This document shows, one piece after another, positions 23,917 through 27,214 of a stretch of 27,214 nucleotides of DNA. The notes beneath the pieces were generated by a model. It did no database searches. It saw only the letters and a program-made list of their open reading frames with translations, and was not told the origin of the DNA. The DNA is from a virus. Lineage: Duplodnaviria; Caudoviricetes. The first letter of the stretch is position 1; each line of letters begins with the position of its first letter. The translations under genes were made by a program, and so were the position numbers. Location of the stretch: IMG/VR virus record IMGVR_UViG_3300030330_003749, positions 1 through 27,214 of that record. The stretch is one strand, 5' to 3'.

Positions 23917-23922
23917 ATTTTT

Positions 23923-26073
23923 ATGCCATTAACAAATGTACAAATAAGAGCTGGATTTAATAAACAAGTTACAGCTACTGGAGCCGAGGGTCAGTGGACA
24001 GATGGAGATTTTGTAAGATTTAGATATGGTTTGCCTGAAAAAATTGGCGGTTGGGAACAGCTTACGTCCTCTACTTTTGTTGGAGCAGCAAGAGATCAGT
24101 TATGTTGGGCAGACTTAGAAGGAAGAAGATACGTTGCACTAGGAACAAGTAAAGTTTTAATTATTTATTATGAAAATTCTTTTTATGACGTGACTCCTTT
24201 AGATTCTGCTATTACAGGAGCCACTTTTACAACAGTAAACACAAGTCCTACAGTAACTGTAAATAAAGTTGCTCACGGATTATCTGCAGGAGACTTGTTT
24301 ACTTTCACTTCAGTAACACCTCCTGTGGGAGCTGGTTATGTAGCAAGTGATTTTACGACCAACACTTTTCAAGTTGTTACTACACCATCGTTAGATACTT
24401 TTACGATTACTATGTCGACTAATGCAGGGACTAGTGTTTCTGCTAGTGGTTCTGCAACAATTAACCCTTATGTAAAGGTAGGTCCACTAAATCAAACTTC
24501 TGGATTTGGTTGGGGAACAGCTGAATGGGGCGGAGGGTCTAGTATTATAACCACTTTAAATGGAGCTCTATTAGATGATACTGCAGGTACAGGAGGTTCA
24601 GGAACTTCAATTACACTAACCTCTACGACAGGTCTACCTACATCGGGGACTATAAAAGTTGGGACTGAATTTATTTCCTATACAGGTATTTCAACAAATG
24701 ATTTAACAGGCATAACAAGAGCTGTTGCAGGAACAAGAACTGCACACAGCAGTGGAGCATCAGTTGAGGGTTTTACAGCTTGGGGAGAAGAAACTTTATC
24801 TGGTGGTGTTACACTAGATTCAGCATCATGGTCTTTAGATCATTTTGGTTCAAAATTAATTGCAACTATTAAAAACGGACAAACATTTGAATGGGACACA
24901 ATAAGCAATACACCAGCTGCTTTAACCACTAGAGCCTCATTAGTAAGTGGAGCACCCTCAGCATCTGTTATGTCAATCGTTTCCGAAAGAGATAGACATC
25001 TTGTAATACTTGGAACTGAAACAACTATAGGGACATCTTCATCACAAGATAAGATGTTTATAAGATTTTCTGATCAGGAGGATATAACCGATTATACTCC
25101 TACATCTGTAAACACCGCTGGTACTTTTAGAATTGATTCAGGCACAAAAATAGTAGGAGCAGTTAAAGGAAAAGATTATATTTTAATTTTAACCGATACA
25201 TCAGCTTATGTAATGCAGTTTGTTGGACCACCATTTACTTTTTCCATCAGGCAAGTAGGCTCAAATTGTGGTTTAATTGGACAACATGCTGTTTATTATG
25301 TAAACGGAGCTGTTTATTGGATGGGTCAATCAGGTGGATTTTTTGTATATGATGGTACTGTTAAATCTTTACCTTGTTTAGTTGAAGATTTTGTATTTAC
25401 AGATAAAGGAGATAATCTTGGTTTAAGTTATGATAATGGTGAGCAAATTTATGTTGGCCTTAATAGTCTTTATGAAGAAGTAAGTTGGTTTTACCCTAAG
25501 TCAGGTTCAACATTAATCGATAGAGTAGTGACTTATAACTATGCAGAAAACACTTGGACTACAGGATCATTAGCTAGAACAACTTGGCACGATGCAACTT
25601 TATATGATAATCCATATGCAACTGAATTTACATCCACGGCCACTCCAACTTTTCCGACCATTCAAGGAGTAACTAGTATAAATGGTGCATCAATATATTA
25701 TGCTCACGAGAGAGGTAATAATCAAGTAGATTCATCAGGAGCTAAAACTGCTATACCTGCTTTCATTCAATCTGGAGATTTTGATTTAAATCAAGGTGGA
25801 GACGGTCAATTTTTTATGAGCATAAGAAGGTTTTTTCCTGATTTTAAATTAATAACTGGAGATGCAGAGATCACTATTAACCTTAGAAAATTTCCGTCTG
25901 ATACCCAAACATCCTCGCCTCTCGGGCCTTTTACTGTTAACAGCACTACTGATAAAGTAAATACTAGAGCTAGATCAAGATTTGCAAGTATAAAAGTAGC
26001 TAACTTATCTACTGATCAAAATTGGCGTTACGGAACTTTTAGAGCTGATGTTCAACCTGATGGAATGAGATAA
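23923..26073 (+). CDS. tail nozzle / tail tubular protein B-like (P22 gp10-like stabilisation protein)
   Basis: 716 aa, beta-rich; VRFRYGLPEKIGGW, IRFSDQED, VYWMG and WRYGTFRAD; T/G-rich inserted beta domains. Confidence 0.7.
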   Translation: MPLTNVQIRAGFNKQVTATGAEGQWTDGDFVRFRYGLPEKIGGWEQLTSSTFVGAARDQLCWADLEGRRYVALGTSKVLIIYYENSFYDVTPLDSAITGATFTTVNTSPTVTVNKVAHGLSAGDLFTFTSVTPPVGAGYVASDFTTNTFQVVTTPSLDTFTITMSTNAGTSVSASGSATINPYVKVGPLNQTSGFGWGTAEWGGGSSIITTLNGALLDDTAGTGGSGTSITLTSTTGLPTSGTIKVGTEFISYTGISTNDLTGITRAVAGTRTAHSSGASVEGFTAWGEETLSGGVTLDSASWSLDHFGSKLIATIKNGQTFEWDTISNTPAALTTRASLVSGAPSASVMSIVSERDRHLVILGTETTIGTSSSQDKMFIRFSDQEDITDYTPTSVNTAGTFRIDSGTKIVGAVKGKDYILILTDTSAYVMQFVGPPFTFSIRQVGSNCGLIGQHAVYYVNGAVYWMGQSGGFFVYDGTVKSLPCLVEDFVFTDKGDNLGLSYDNGEQIYVGLNSLYEEVSWFYPKSGSTLIDRVVTYNYAENTWTTGSLARTTWHDATLYDNPYATEFTSTATPTFPTIQGVTSINGASIYYAHERGNNQVDSSGAKTAIPAFIQSGDFDLNQGGDGQFFMSIRRFFPDFKLITGDAEITINLRKFPSDTQTSSPLGPFTVNSTTDKVNTRARSRFASIKVANLSTDQNWRYGTFRADVQPDGMR

Positions 26074-26237
26074 TGGCTAGGATTGATGTTATAATACCAG
26101 AACCTACACCTGTTTATACAGAGGATAACCAAAGACAGGTTGCACAATCTTTACAAACTATAAAGGATAAGCTTAACACCTCATACCAAAAAGAGTTAAA
26201 AAATGAACAAGATACATTTAATTATTTTTTATCATGA
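26073..26237 (+). CDS. small hypothetical protein (54 aa, MARIDVIIPEPTPVYTEDNQRQVAQSLQTIKDKLNTSYQKELKNEQDTFNYFLS)
   Basis: Read manually; TAATG and ATGA coupling at its two ends. Confidence 0.7.
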   Translation: MARIDVIIPEPTPVYTEDNQRQVAQSLQTIKDKLNTSYQKELKNEQDTFNYFLS

Positions 26238-26575
26238 CAATACAATATAAAAATGCTGGAATAAATTTAACAAACACAGATACTACAAGTGTTTTGACAT
26301 CACCTTCTAATGCTAGATGTTTAATAAAACAAATACAAGTTGATAATTCATCTTCTGGTCCTGTAAACCTATCTGTACAAGTGACAGATAGTTCAGCTTC
26401 TAGTACCTTTTCTATTTGGCGAAAAGCTATAGCCGCAAATACAGTTGAAAATATAATACAAGAAACATTGGTATTAGAAGAAAGTGATATTTTAAAAATG
26501 ACCGCAGGAACTGCTAATGAAATACAAGGTATTATAAGTTACGCACAAATAGATAGATCACAAGAAAATGGCTAG
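26234..26575 (+). CDS. putative small tail structural protein
   Basis: Beta-rich; LVLEESDILK motif; overlap-coupled. Confidence 0.65.
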   Translation: MTIQYKNAGINLTNTDTTSVLTSPSNARCLIKQIQVDNSSSGPVNLSVQVTDSSASSTFSIWRKAIAANTVENIIQETLVLEESDILKMTAGTANEIQGIISYAQIDRSQENG

Positions 26576-26696
26576 GGTAAGTTTTTTACATTTTACACCA
26601 AGACCAAAACCTAGAAAACGTCCAGGCCGTCACAAAAAAAGACTTTCAAAATCAGAGAAAAGATCGTATAAAAGATACAACAGACAAGGCAGATAA
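26568..26696 (+). CDS. small Arg/Lys-rich protein (42 aa, MARVSFLHFTPRPKPRKRPGRHKKRLSKSEKRSYKRYNRQGR)
   Basis: Read manually; overlaps the previous gene by 8 nt and is TAATG-coupled to the next. Confidence 0.65.
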   Translation: MARVSFLHFTPRPKPRKRPGRHKKRLSKSEKRSYKRYNRQGR

Positions 26697-27208
26697 TGTT
26701 GTTAAACGAAAAACAAGTTGAGTCTATTAGAGACAATAAAGTCACTTATGTTAAAAGTTTTGCTATTTTAGACAGAGAATATGATTTTAATTTAATGTCT
26801 AAATTTTTAGAGCAAGAACCAGATAGTGAAGTTTTAACAAAAACAAGAATAGGTAATTTAAAGGATGTTTATAACATGGTAAATGTCACAAATTATTTAA
26901 AAGAATTTAAAACATTTTTTGATTTTTTGTTAAAAACATTTAAATATAGCCTTGACTCTAGAGATGGAGTAGATTTGTTTTTTAGTTTTGTTACACAACT
27001 TGGAGCTGTTCATAAAGATTTTGAGTATGTTTTTATAATAGGATTGAAAGGCAAAACAATATATAGAATATATGATGTTAATAATATTGATTATGAGATT
27101 AATAAAGGAGATATGATATTTATTCCTCCTGGGGTTAAACATAAAGTTATTGGATTAACACCAAGAATTATTGCATCTATAGGATATTTTAACAAAAGGA
27201 TAAGATAA
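26696..27208 (+). CDS. cupin / JmjC-like oxygenase
   Basis: VHKD (HxD), GKTIY, INKGDMIFIPPGVKHKV and RIIASIG. Confidence 0.75.
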   Translation: MLLNEKQVESIRDNKVTYVKSFAILDREYDFNLMSKFLEQEPDSEVLTKTRIGNLKDVYNMVNVTNYLKEFKTFFDFLLKTFKYSLDSRDGVDLFFSFVTQLGAVHKDFEYVFIIGLKGKTIYRIYDVNNIDYEINKGDMIFIPPGVKHKVIGLTPRIIASIGYFNKRIR

Positions 27209-27214
27209 ATGAGT

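Noticed and set aside
26087-26095. TGnTATAAT extended -10 match
   Set aside because: It falls inside the coding sequence of the coupled 54-aa ORF and no independent support was seen; such hexamers are frequent in AT-rich DNA.
1-27214. Alternative genetic code, introns/inteins or programmed frameshifts
   Set aside because: Genes tile densely under the standard code, and terL, portal and capsid have normal uninterrupted lengths. A-runs are common, but none could be tied to a supported frameshift.

Overview
A 27.2-kb AT-rich segment of a tailed dsDNA bacteriophage genome, almost entirely the + strand virion morphogenesis region. In order it contains: terminase large subunit, P22-like portal, holin-like protein, SAM methyltransferase, GroES-like co-chaperonin, scaffold, head proteins, major capsid protein, an M15-family endolysin, two adaptor/ring proteins, tail fibre/collar genes, a cluster of 2OG-Fe(II) oxygenase/cupin genes and a large tail-nozzle-like protein. 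Gene content and composition resemble abundant marine short-tailed phages of SAR11-like hosts; this lineage call is inference from recalled family resemblance, not a search result. Less ordinary signals: (1) a dispersed family of very basic, modular proteins sharing K-A-x-x-G / x-x-G-G motifs and swapped peptide modules, including a 467-aa polyprotein-like ORF; (2) a compact double-pseudoknot RNA just downstream of the capsid gene, starting at a sigma70-type promoter whose -35 box sits in the terminator loop; (3) a 43-aa basic peptide whose N-terminus resembles that of the major capsid protein; (4) several apparently leaderless transcripts; (5) an oxygenase island beside the tail-fibre gene, with a decayed copy of the nozzle gene start. 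Six short ORFs missing from the supplied track were read manually, and one start was reassigned. No tRNA, rRNA, CRISPR array, integrase or transposase was seen.
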